NCBI RefSeq assembly: GCF_000025945.1
Contig: NC_006138.1
Location: 3,270,001-3,302,000, forward strand
Direction: 5' to 3'
DNA from: Desulfotalea psychrophila LSv54
Lineage (GTDB): Bacteria > Desulfobacterota > Desulfobulbia > Desulfobulbales > Desulfocapsaceae
Length of the DNA: 32,000 bases
The translations under genes and the position numbers were made by a program. Shown piece by piece: positions 9,225-17,385 of this stretch. Each line of letters starts with the position of its first letter. Position 1 is the stretch's first letter. The notes below the pieces were generated by a model. That model ran no database searches. It was not told where the DNA came from and saw only the letters and a list, made by a program, of their open reading frames with translations.

Positions 9225-12200
9225 TTAAACAAAGGGGGGGATCAGGGTTTCTAACTGCATTCCCCGGGAGCCCTTTATAAAAACAATATCTTTTTCGCCA
9301 AGCCCACCATCGGCCTGATATGCCTGAAGCCAATCAATAATTGCCTCCTTTGAGGGAAAAACCAGTACCTGCTCTTTCCCCATTCCTGAATTCAGGGCTG
9401 CCTGTTGCAAAAAAGAGGCAAATTCCCCCACTATCAGGAGATAGTCAAGAGACAATTCCCCCGCCAGGCTACCAATCTGTCGATGAGCCTCCTCGGCAAA
9501 TTCACCCAACTCAAGCATATCACCGACAATAGCTATCTTTTTTTCTCCTGCAACTGTGGCAAGAGTTCGCAAACCGGCTGACATTGAAGCAGGATTAGCA
9601 TTATAACAGTCTGAAATAATTGTCCAATTACATGATGTCCTTATCCTTTCCAGTCGTTTAGAAGGCGTTTTGTAGCTCCCAAGTCCCAGGGCAATTTGCT
9701 GCGGGGAAGCACCGGCGGCAAGGGCGATGCCTGCCGCTGCCAGGGCATTACTGACATTATGCTCACCCAGGGTGTCTAACTGAACAGATGTCGACTCTGC
9801 TCCCAGATGCAAATTAAAATCTATGGAGCCAGCCTCGCCAGAGGAGAGGTCTGAAGCCCAGATATCCGCCGAACCTGCCGCCGAAAGAGAGTAGCAGATT
9901 TTTTTCTGTTCATAACCCTTGGCCATCTCCACCACATGGGGATCATCAAGGTTCACCACCAAGATGCTGTCTACAGGAGCATGAGCAAAGAGTTCCTCCT
10001 TAGCCCTGGCCACACCTTCAATAGAGCCAAGGCCACTGAGATGAGCAGCATGAACATTGGCCACACAGCAGATGTCAGGTTGGGCAATTTCGGCAAGACG
10101 GGCAATTTCACCGGGACTGTTCATCCCCATTTCCAGCACGGCCGCCCTGTGCATATTATCCAGAGGCAAGAGGGAAAGAGGAAGACCAATGAGATTATTA
10201 AAATTACCCTCTGTCTTCAAGACCACATTTTCCGGATATTCAGCTCCGGCGGGCCAAAGGCTAGCAAGAATACTAGCCGTCATCTCCTTTATGGTAGTCT
10301 TACCTGAACTTCCCGTAATACCCACCACCACGGGTTTTGTCGTCCCAGCAAAGGCACACCTACGGGCAGCAGCCATATCTCCCAGAGCTCTGCGAGTATC
10401 AGCTACAAGGACCTGAGGGCAGGTCAAATCGGGACGGGCCTTTTCCACCACAAGACAGGCTGCACCTGCGGCAACCACCTGATCGAGGTAAGCGTGACCA
10501 TCGTGGTTTTCCCCACGCAGGGCAACAAAGATACTGCCACGGCCAACAGATCTACTATCCGTTGTCACCTCACCCAAGAGAAGAGGCGTAAGCATTCCAC
10601 CTATGAGAGAACCGCCTGTGGCAGCCACAAGCTTATCAGGGGTCCAGGAGGCCAGGGCTCGACCTGCCTGAAGACGATCATCAAAGAACTTCTTACCTGT
10701 CGCCCCAAGCTGATAGGGTTCGTGCCCCTTACCGGCAATGGCAATAATATCTTTGGAGCAGGCCATATGGACAGCCAGATCAATGGCCCGCCTGCGGTCG
10801 CCAACAACCACGCAACCACGTTCATTTGCCTTTCGCTCAAAAAGCCAATCAGGGTTCCTGAGAGGCATTGCCTGCTCGGCAACACCCACCACAATCTCTG
10901 CCAAAATTGGTTCAGACGCCTCGGTGCGAGGATTATCGTCCGCCACAATAACAACATCGGCAAGCCTTGCCGCCACCGCACCCATCAGGGGCCTTTTGCC
11001 CTTATCACGGTCACCCCCACAGCCAAAAACGGCTATAAGATCTCCATGGGGCACATCTCCAAGGGTGGAGAGCAGTTTATCCAAGGCGTCAGGAGTATGG
11101 GCATAATCAACGAAGACAACTGGCTGAGCATTAGCGGGAGTTTCAGTAGCAAAGACACGTTCAACCCGCCCCGGTGCCCCCTGCAGGCGGCCAATATTCT
11201 CAGCAATATCTTGTCCAGATATGGCCAATGCCCGACAGGCAGCAATAACCGCCAAAAGATTATCAATATTAAATCGACCCACCAGACCACTTTGAAATTC
11301 AAGCATTTGCTGACAGTCTGCTAAACGAACAGCACAGTCTGTCTCGGTAAGCCCCACCCGATAGTGATGCAACTGCACATCAGAGCCCACTTCTTCCCCC
11401 CAAGAGAGAAATCTGTTTCGCCCTGCCAGTTGTCGGTGCAGCCTCTGTAAAAATTCGGTCTGCAGTTGCCTGCTATCACTGGGGATAACGGCAATGCCAT
11501 CCTCCTTGAGATAGCGGGAAAAGAGTCCCAGTTTTGCCGAAAAATAGTCCTCCATCTGCAAATGATAATCAAGGTGATCACGGGAGAGGTTAGTAAAGAT
11601 GGCAAGATCAAACCTAAGAGCACCGATACGGGCCTGGGAAATCGCATGGGATGAAACTTCCATAATAACAGTATCAACACCTGCATCGGCCATCCGGCGG
11701 AGAAGCTGCTGAACTATTTTTGCATCCGGGGTGGTCAGAGATGTGGCAATAATCTCTTGAGAACCATCGGCACGATAAAAACGATTATTAACGGTACCAA
11801 TAACACCCACCTGATGCCCCAACCGAGTCAGCATATCTTCAAGCAAATAGCTTATGGTGGTCTTACCATTGGTGCCTGTTATACCCACAAGTGAGAGTTT
11901 TTCCGCAGGATTAGCAAAATAATTAGCCAAAATTTTGCCATAGGCCGCCTGACTATCCGCAACCTCTATGACAAGGGCCGGACAATGGGCATAGGCGTTT
12001 TGAGAAACAGAGCCTGCCTCTACAATAACTACCGGACAACCCCGCAAAAGAGCGTCTTCAACATAGGCATGACCGTCTTGAATACCACCACGCCGAGCAA
12101 TAAAAAGAGATCCACTGGCAACCTGACGAGAATCTGCCGTCACATCTGCCACCAGATGGGTTTGAGGGTCCAGCTCAGACCGAGAGGGAAGTTGTAACCA

Positions 12201-12269
12201 CTCAAGGCCCTCTAATAATTTTTCCAAAACACAGTTACCTTCCACTACATCCCCCTGAGTTTTCACCAA
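9225..12269 (-). CDS. murE/murF: Fused MurE (UDP-MurNAc-tripeptide synthetase, meso-DAP type) / MurF (UDP-MurNAc-pentapeptide synthetase)
   Basis: Single uninterrupted 1014-codon ORF.
- Residues about 1-540 look like MurE: P-loop GITGTNGKTTISYL, NLSRDHLDYH, and the DNPR motif (D445-R448, nt 10926-10937).
- Residues about 541-1014 look like MurF: TTDSRSVGRGSIFVALRGENHDGH, and a second P-loop GITGSSGKTTIKEM.
- The junction is near nt 10650.
- The start is a non-ATG codon (TTG 12269 or GTG 12266/12245), so the exact start is uncertain. Confidence 0.9.
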   Translation of the reverse strand: MVKTQGDVVEGNCVLEKLLEGLEWLQLPSRSELDPQTHLVADVTADSRQVASGSLFIARRGGIQDGHAYVEDALLRGCPVVIVEAGSVSQNAYAHCPALVIEVADSQAAYGKILANYFANPAEKLSLVGITGTNGKTTISYLLEDMLTRLGHQVGVIGTVNNRFYRADGSQEIIATSLTTPDAKIVQQLLRRMADAGVDTVIMEVSSHAISQARIGALRFDLAIFTNLSRDHLDYHLQMEDYFSAKLGLFSRYLKEDGIAVIPSDSRQLQTEFLQRLHRQLAGRNRFLSWGEEVGSDVQLHHYRVGLTETDCAVRLADCQQMLEFQSGLVGRFNIDNLLAVIAACRALAISGQDIAENIGRLQGAPGRVERVFATETPANAQPVVFVDYAHTPDALDKLLSTLGDVPHGDLIAVFGCGGDRDKGKRPLMGAVAARLADVVIVADDNPRTEASEPILAEIVVGVAEQAMPLRNPDWLFERKANERGCVVVGDRRRAIDLAVHMACSKDIIAIAGKGHEPYQLGATGKKFFDDRLQAGRALASWTPDKLVAATGGSLIGGMLTPLLLGEVTTDSRSVGRGSIFVALRGENHDGHAYLDQVVAAGAACLVVEKARPDLTCPQVLVADTRRALGDMAAARRCAFAGTTKPVVVGITGSSGKTTIKEMTASILASLWPAGAEYPENVVLKTEGNFNNLIGLPLSLLPLDNMHRAAVLEMGMNSPGEIARLAEIAQPDICCVANVHAAHLSGLGSIEGVARAKEELFAHAPVDSILVVNLDDPHVVEMAKGYEQKKICYSLSAAGSADIWASDLSSGEAGSIDFNLHLGAESTSVQLDTLGEHNVSNALAAAGIALAAGASPQQIALGLGSYKTPSKRLERIRTSCNWTIISDCYNANPASMSAGLRTLATVAGEKKIAIVGDMLELGEFAEEAHRQIGSLAGELSLDYLLIVGEFASFLQQAALNSGMGKEQVLVFPSKEAIIDWLQAYQADGGLGEKDIVFIKGSRGMQLETLIPPFV

Positions 12270-12302
12270 TTATATGGAACTTTAATCTCAACAAAGCTCC
12301 TA

Positions 12303-14135
12303 CTACAAACGCTTTTTAGCATATCTCTTGCGACGCATACTGTCTGGATTCTGCAAACTTATCCGGCATGTTTTTATAGCTTCCATGCTCGCGCCCTTAG
12401 GCGGATACTGAGAACTCACCCAACCTGTTCCCTCAACAAGAGGCTGACAATCATAGTCCTGCAAAATTTGCAGACTCTTACGCATGCTGAGTCCCATAAG
12501 ATCAGGCATCATAGCCTTTCTCTCCTTCCGGGCAGTTCTCCCTACGAGCCCTTCCTTCACCCCCTCCTGAAAAGGCAGAAATTTCTGCTCGGGTAAGAGT
12601 GGAGCAACGACAGGCAAGCTATCAAAGACCTGCTGCAGGGAGGCAATTCGCCGTAATACCTTATCGACAGCTCCGGCAAGGCTTTTCTTCCGCCCCTTGG
12701 TAACCGCGGAATTCCTTTCCACAACCAGTAACATGGCAAAATTACGTTTCAGGCTTGGTTGAAGTGCAAAGACAAGCTCCTGCTGCACAAGTCCCCTGCC
12801 CTCCTCAAAGAAGACAGGCTGAGCTTCACTTAAAAGTAAGGATGAGACGCGCCTACCACCACCCCTACTAAAGACAAATTTCTTTACCTCTTTAGAACCA
12901 AGACGAAAGGTCAAACGGGCATCCAAGGGAAAATCAATACTATGGGAGAAAAAAACACTCTCCTGACTCTGCTGGTCAACAATCTTCTCAACCACATGGG
13001 GGCGAATACTCTCCCGACCACTTGCAAGACTTGACAGTCCCATAAGGAGATGAATAGGAGAAATATTCCTTGGAGGCGTGGCAAAATTTTTGTAGGTTTC
13101 AGCCCGAGTAAAATAATCCCTCTGCCCGTTCATCACCTTATTCGAAGCCGCAAAATCAGGTTTCCATCCATCGCCAAAACCCAACCAACGCCAGACCAAG
13201 TTCTCCTTTACAATATTTTCTTGAGTCTTTATAACAGACCAGGGCAGGAAATATTTCTCGTGAGCGGACCCATAAAGGAGAGAGGCGTCAGCAAAGAGAT
13301 TCTGAAAACTCTGAGGGACAGGTATAGGCTGAAGGAAAAAATTGGCACGTTGGTCCTGGGGGCACTTCCTGAATTCATTGGGATTACAGGTCGGCCACTG
13401 AGCACCGGCAAGCACCCCTCCCGTTTTAGCGTCAACCACATAGGCGGCAACGCGTTCTATATTCCCCTCCGCAGCAATACCTTGGAGCATTTTTTCGAGA
13501 AGACGCTGACTCTTTACATCTACGGTAAGAACAAGATCCTGTACACCCGATAGAGAAATTGCTAAATAATCTTTTTCCAGATCCCCACGCAGCAATTTAT
13601 CAAAATAACACTCTACACCTGAAACGCTAACATCATCCTCCACAACACCAATCAAATGAGTGGCAAGACTGGTCTCCGGATAGTATCTCACCGTCTTCCT
13701 GTCAAAATATACACCCTGAAGATCGGCTGCCTCTATCTCCGCCACCTGCCCTTTGCTCAACCCTTCTGCCAGCCAGACACGCAGGGCCTCCGAATCCAAT
13801 CTGGCCCGTAAGGTCTCCTGGTCGATGCATAAAATTTTCGCAAGTATCCTGGATACCGTGTCGGGATTTTCCAATTCTCTGGTTCGGCAAAAAAGGGCCA
13901 CCCTCTGCGCATTCACAGCCAAAGGAGTATTGTACCTATCGTAAACATTGCCACGCGTCAGAAAGGCCTTGCCCTCAGCACCGTCTAACTGATTTTTAGC
14001 TGCAAGTATCCTGTCAACAAGGTGATAGCGAACATCACATTCTCTCCCTGCCACGGCCAATATGGAAAGCATGATAAAAAACAACCACTTCTTCCATCCC
14101 CTTTTCTTTCTCACACGAAGACGAGATTTTCTCAC
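12303..14135 (-). CDS. FtsI-like class B penicillin-binding protein homologue with a C-terminal PASTA-like domain. The catalytic motifs appear degenerate, so it may be a pseudo-transpeptidase.
   Basis: 610-aa ORF in the ftsI slot.
- It has an N-terminal TM anchor.
- It has PBP dimerisation-domain landmarks: RGNVYDRYNTPLAV and RYYPETSLATHLIGV.
- It has DAKTGGVLAGAQWPTCNPN, and a PASTA-like end (MPDLMGLSMRKSLQILQDYDCQPLVEGTGWVSSQYP).
- At the aligned active-site positions I read SFQN (not SxxK), ASN (not SxN) and LLS (not KTG). See findings. Confidence 0.8.
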   Translation of the reverse strand: MRKSRLRVRKKRGWKKWLFFIMLSILAVAGRECDVRYHLVDRILAAKNQLDGAEGKAFLTRGNVYDRYNTPLAVNAQRVALFCRTRELENPDTVSRILAKILCIDQETLRARLDSEALRVWLAEGLSKGQVAEIEAADLQGVYFDRKTVRYYPETSLATHLIGVVEDDVSVSGVECYFDKLLRGDLEKDYLAISLSGVQDLVLTVDVKSQRLLEKMLQGIAAEGNIERVAAYVVDAKTGGVLAGAQWPTCNPNEFRKCPQDQRANFFLQPIPVPQSFQNLFADASLLYGSAHEKYFLPWSVIKTQENIVKENLVWRWLGFGDGWKPDFAASNKVMNGQRDYFTRAETYKNFATPPRNISPIHLLMGLSSLASGRESIRPHVVEKIVDQQSQESVFFSHSIDFPLDARLTFRLGSKEVKKFVFSRGGGRRVSSLLLSEAQPVFFEEGRGLVQQELVFALQPSLKRNFAMLLVVERNSAVTKGRKKSLAGAVDKVLRRIASLQQVFDSLPVVAPLLPEQKFLPFQEGVKEGLVGRTARKERKAMMPDLMGLSMRKSLQILQDYDCQPLVEGTGWVSSQYPPKGASMEAIKTCRISLQNPDSMRRKRYAKKRL

Positions 14136-14145
14136 ACCTTAATCA

Positions 14146-14526
14146 CTACCTATAGCTAAAATAATTTTTCGCAGAATTATAAACACGGCGCTGCCCTTTT
14201 TGGGGCAGATACAGTCCATATTCTTCCGCCCGTTTCTGAAGCACAACCGAACTCATAAGCTTTCGTCTTTCACTCTTGAGCTGTAAATTTATGCCAAGAA
14301 GATCGTAGTTAATATTTTCAACCTGGGTTGTAGCACCGATAGCACGAACATTCATAGAAAAGAGCAGAGCAGAACTCAGACATACCAAAAAACTAATCAG
14401 CAGAAAGACCTTAGTCAAAGCCCTGAGTAACGGAGACTCCAATAAACCTGCCTCCTCCCCTGCCTCCGCCCTTCGACGAATCTCCTTGGGCCCAGCAGCT
14501 ACTTGAAATAAATTATACAGTGCCAT
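14146..14526 (-). CDS. ftsL: Cell division protein FtsL-like (bitopic membrane protein)
   Basis: 126-aa ORF between rsmH and the ftsI homologue. It has a single TM (VFLLISFLVCLSSALLF) followed by a helical segment ending RAEEYGLYLPQKGQ, resembling the conserved FtsL C-terminus. Sequence conservation in this family is weak, so the call rests largely on position. Confidence 0.7.
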   Translation of the reverse strand: MALYNLFQVAAGPKEIRRRAEAGEEAGLLESPLLRALTKVFLLISFLVCLSSALLFSMNVRAIGATTQVENINYDLLGINLQLKSERRKLMSSVVLQKRAEEYGLYLPQKGQRRVYNSAKNYFSYR

Positions 14527-14632
14527 ACCGCCCCCTCCCCATTATTTTTTAGCAATACGTTTTTTATCAAACAATTGGCCCAATAACCACAAGAACAGGC
14601 CCTCTGGGGTGGTTTTCACCACAATAAAAGGC

Positions 14633-15520
14633 CTACACTTTTTCCGCTACCCGTAATAGCGCACTTCTGGAACGATAATTCCGATCCAACTCTTCCTCAC
14701 CTGCCTTAACGGGCTTATTGGTTATCACCTTAAAGTTTGGATTTTCCCGAAATTTACGCTTAACAATCCTATCTTCGAGCGAATGAAAGGATATTATGCA
14801 AAATCTGCTCCCTGGCTTTAAAAACTCACCTGCGTCATCAATTATTTTTGATAAATTTTCAAGTTCGGTGTTCACTGCAATACGAAGGGCCTGAAAAACC
14901 TTGGTGGCCACATGTATCTTCTTAGGGTGAAAACGCTTAGGAATAGCCCTGGCAACCACCCTCACCAACTGTTTTGTGGTCTGAATAGGTTCCAACTTTC
15001 TGGCGGCAACGATGGCTGCGGCAATAGGCCTGGCCTGGCGCTCCTCTCCATAGCAGTAAAAAAGATCCGCCAACTGCTCCTCTGTACAGGTAGCAATAAT
15101 GGTCGCAGCGGTCATCTCCCCACGCTCGTCCATGCGCATATCAAGGTCATCATCACGCTGAAAACTAAAGCCCCGCGTCCCCGTATCAAGTTGCAGGGAG
15201 GAGAGACCTATATCAATCAACAAGCCATCAATATGAGAAATTCCAGCCTCGGTAAGCCCCACACCTATCTCTGCAAAATTACGGCGAACAAGAGTCAGCC
15301 TCTCTCCGTAGGGAGCTAGTCTCTCCCTACTGGCCTTAATTGCATTTTCATCCCACTCAAAGGCAACCACTCGACCATCTGGAGCCGTCCTCTCTAAAAT
15401 AGCAGAGGTATGCCCTCCAAGCCCCATCGTCCCATCAACATATATACCGCCTGGCTGCAAACAAAGAAACTCCATGGTTTCCTCAAGCAAAACAGAGATA
15501 TGAATTTTTTCAGCATCCAT
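14633..15520 (-). CDS. rsmH: 16S rRNA (cytosine1402-N4)-methyltransferase RsmH (MraW)
   Basis: The track ORF extends to 15631 and overlaps mraZ. I place the start at ATG 15518-15520 (MDAEKIHISVLLEE...), 10 nt after the mraZ stop and preceded by a purine-rich GGGGCCAAGG. Motifs present are GGIYVDGTMGLGGHT (SAM binding) and SFHSLEDRIVK. Confidence 0.93.
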   Translation of the reverse strand: MDAEKIHISVLLEETMEFLCLQPGGIYVDGTMGLGGHTSAILERTAPDGRVVAFEWDENAIKASRERLAPYGERLTLVRRNFAEIGVGLTEAGISHIDGLLIDIGLSSLQLDTGTRGFSFQRDDDLDMRMDERGEMTAATIIATCTEEQLADLFYCYGEERQARPIAAAIVAARKLEPIQTTKQLVRVVARAIPKRFHPKKIHVATKVFQALRIAVNTELENLSKIIDDAGEFLKPGSRFCIISFHSLEDRIVKRKFRENPNFKVITNKPVKAGEEELDRNYRSRSALLRVAEKV

Positions 15521-15530
15521 CCTTGGCCCC

Positions 15531-15983
15531 CTATAAAATACCCATATTGCGAAGACCTTCTGAAAAATCCTCAAAACCATCTCGGACAGCCTGCTGCTCA
15601 CTGGCCCAGGCTGTCGCATCCCATATTTCAATCCAACTTAACATTCCGTTCAATACCACATTTTTTTCCAGGCCGGCATCAAGCCGTAGTGTCTGCGGAA
15701 TAAGTAGCCGTCCCTGTTTATCCAGAGCTGCCTCCACAACTCCACCCACAACATAGCGTACCCAGCCGGAAAGATTTTGTTCTCCACCATGATTGTGCAT
15801 CTTCGTCTCAAGTTCTTCCCACTCGGCAAGGGGATAAATTCGCAGATGAGTTTTAAAAGGAGCTATAATAAGGTCCTGACTTTCAAAACTTTCCAGGACA
15901 TCAGAGAAGCGCCTTGGGAAGTTTAACCGTCCCTTGGTATCCAATGTGTGCTCTGTTCTGCTTCGAAATCGAACCTTGCGCAT
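15531..15983 (-). CDS. mraZ: Transcriptional regulator MraZ
   Basis: 150-aa ORF with two SpoVT/AbrB-like halves carrying the repeated motif DTKGRLNFP ... DKQGRLLIP. It is the first gene of the dcw cluster. Confidence 0.93.
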
Positions 15984-16381
15984 CCCCGTACCCCCAACTC
16001 AACAACTACTTTACACCCACCTGGTAGCCACCCTGTTAGAGTCAACAATACCACAACATGTTCGTTAAGACAAACTCAGGGTAAAAAAGGATTGACAGAA
16101 CTCAAAATAGGCCAAAATGTCAAGATTAAAGGCCGGCAAAAAAAAGCAGCTCTCTTAATAAAAGAGAATACCCCTTTAACTGCCCAGAGCAGAAGCAGAC
16201 CTAAATATGGCGACACTGTTGTTCTGTTTGAGGATAGGCAGTGACAGGAAAAGCAGATTGTTGCAAGGGCTGGGATAAGGCTTTACTCACCGACCTTACA
16301 AAGGTGCAGAGCGAGAAACGAACATAGTCAACTGTTTTTTCTTCAATTTAATTTCCTTATCAGCCATTTTTTGTCTGCCAA

Positions 16382-16786
16382 TCAATAATTGGGGAAGAAG
16401 GTCATATTACTATTTTCACTCCAACCGGAGCTTCTGGATGGACGTGATGGTCGACTCATCCGACTGGATTCAGCAGGCCGACTTTGCCTGGATGATCTAC
16501 TAGGTTTCGATTTTCTACCAGGCCGAGAAACACCATCAGAGCTATGGCTGGTAAAGAATGCGTACCTACCATTTTTATAATCTATAATGCTACCATTATG
16601 TAACCAACCTAAATATTGACCTAAATAAGAAATAATACATTGGTGATTATATAAATACGCTATAGGCGTTCCATCATAGTGATAAAAATATTTTCCGTCA
16701 CTATGCAGATAAAACAAAGCATGGCCTGAACTATCATAAAAAGGTGTGATTTCATTCTCTGGAAATGGATTTAATTCGTTACTCAT
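16382..16786 (-). CDS. Hypothetical protein: aromatic-rich beta-type N-terminal domain plus a Ser/Arg/Pro low-complexity tail
   Basis: Start chosen at ATG 16784-16786 (MSNELNPFPEN...), which has a strong RBS (AAAGAGGAG) 6 nt upstream. The track ORF starts 12 codons earlier. The N-terminal coding part is visibly AT-rich compared with its neighbours. The tail is SRPGRKSKPSRSSRQSRPAESSRMSRPSRPSRSS, followed by GWSENSNMTFFPNY. From memory it resembles proteins annotated as 4-fold beta-flower domain proteins, but this is unverified. Confidence 0.6.
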   Translation of the reverse strand: MSNELNPFPENEITPFYDSSGHALFYLHSDGKYFYHYDGTPIAYLYNHQCIISYLGQYLGWLHNGSIIDYKNGRYAFFTSHSSDGVSRPGRKSKPSRSSRQSRPAESSRMSRPSRPSRSSGWSENSNMTFFPNY

Positions 16787-16830
16787 AACACTCCTCTTTA
16801 GATGCAAATGCACCAAACGCACAACAAGGC

Positions 16831-16849
16831 ATTATACAGATCTGTATAA
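16831..16849 (-). promoter_or_regulatory. Candidate -10 box (TATAAT on the minus strand, 16831-16836) embedded in a perfect 18-bp palindrome TTATACAGATCTGTATAA (16832-16849); possible operator
   Basis: Read directly from the sequence. The palindrome lies 46-63 nt upstream of the orphan gene's ATG. I found no convincing -35 hexamer at 16-18 nt spacing. Confidence 0.3.
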
Positions 16850-17385
16850 CACACAATTTTACGTGATAGACAGACCGAAACAACTCCGACGTCATCTATG
16901 TCAACACTGTAAATATTAGGAATAATAGTTTAATAATTTATTACCCAAAAACCAGATATCTTCCACATACGCCTGCAAGCCCTACCTATCAATATACGGC
17001 CTTTATTGGACAGAATCGCCTACCCTATAAAGACACCGCGACTATCTCAATTTCTGCCATGGATATGACTCATCAACATGACAAAAGCTCACTCCCGGAG
17101 CAAGCACTGTCCAGCAACAAACAGGGCAACTACCTGAAACCTAAAAGAGAATACCACCCTGACAAATCAAGAACAAGAGGAGAATGATATAATACGCAGA
17201 CTTATCTCCACTCAAGAGCTAGAAGATAAAGAGGCCTAGAAAGGGCCTTCAGCGTTAAACACTGAGCCTGAACGGAGATAGATTAAGACAAGAACCTAGA
17301 GGGGGGAGAAAGAGGCCAGAAAACACCAAGCCAAACATCTTTTGGATGGGCACCACCAAGATGCCTACAGAGAGTATTGCAGAGT

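Noticed and set aside
13227-13238. S300-V-I-K303 in the FtsI homologue could be read as an intact SxxK active-site motif.
   Set aside because: It lies 24 residues downstream of where the nucleophile falls when counting from the conserved NPN block (same offset as E. coli S307, where this protein has SFQN). No SxN or KTG follows it at the appropriate spacing. It is kept as the explicit alternative that a profile alignment must exclude.
15521-15631. Upstream extension of rsmH overlapping the mraZ 3' end by about 100 nt.
   Set aside because: The conserved RsmH sequence begins at MDAEKIHISVLLEE (ATG 15520), just after the mraZ stop. The extension has no family-like sequence.
15991-16033. GTGG-containing direct repeats (GGGTGG / GGTGGG, 11 nt apart, plus TTGGGGG) just upstream of mraZ, possibly MraZ operator boxes.
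   Set aside because: Only two copies show helical-turn spacing and the third is out of phase. The consensus for this lineage is unknown to me, and G-rich pentamers are easy to find by chance. They cannot be supported without comparative or ChIP data.
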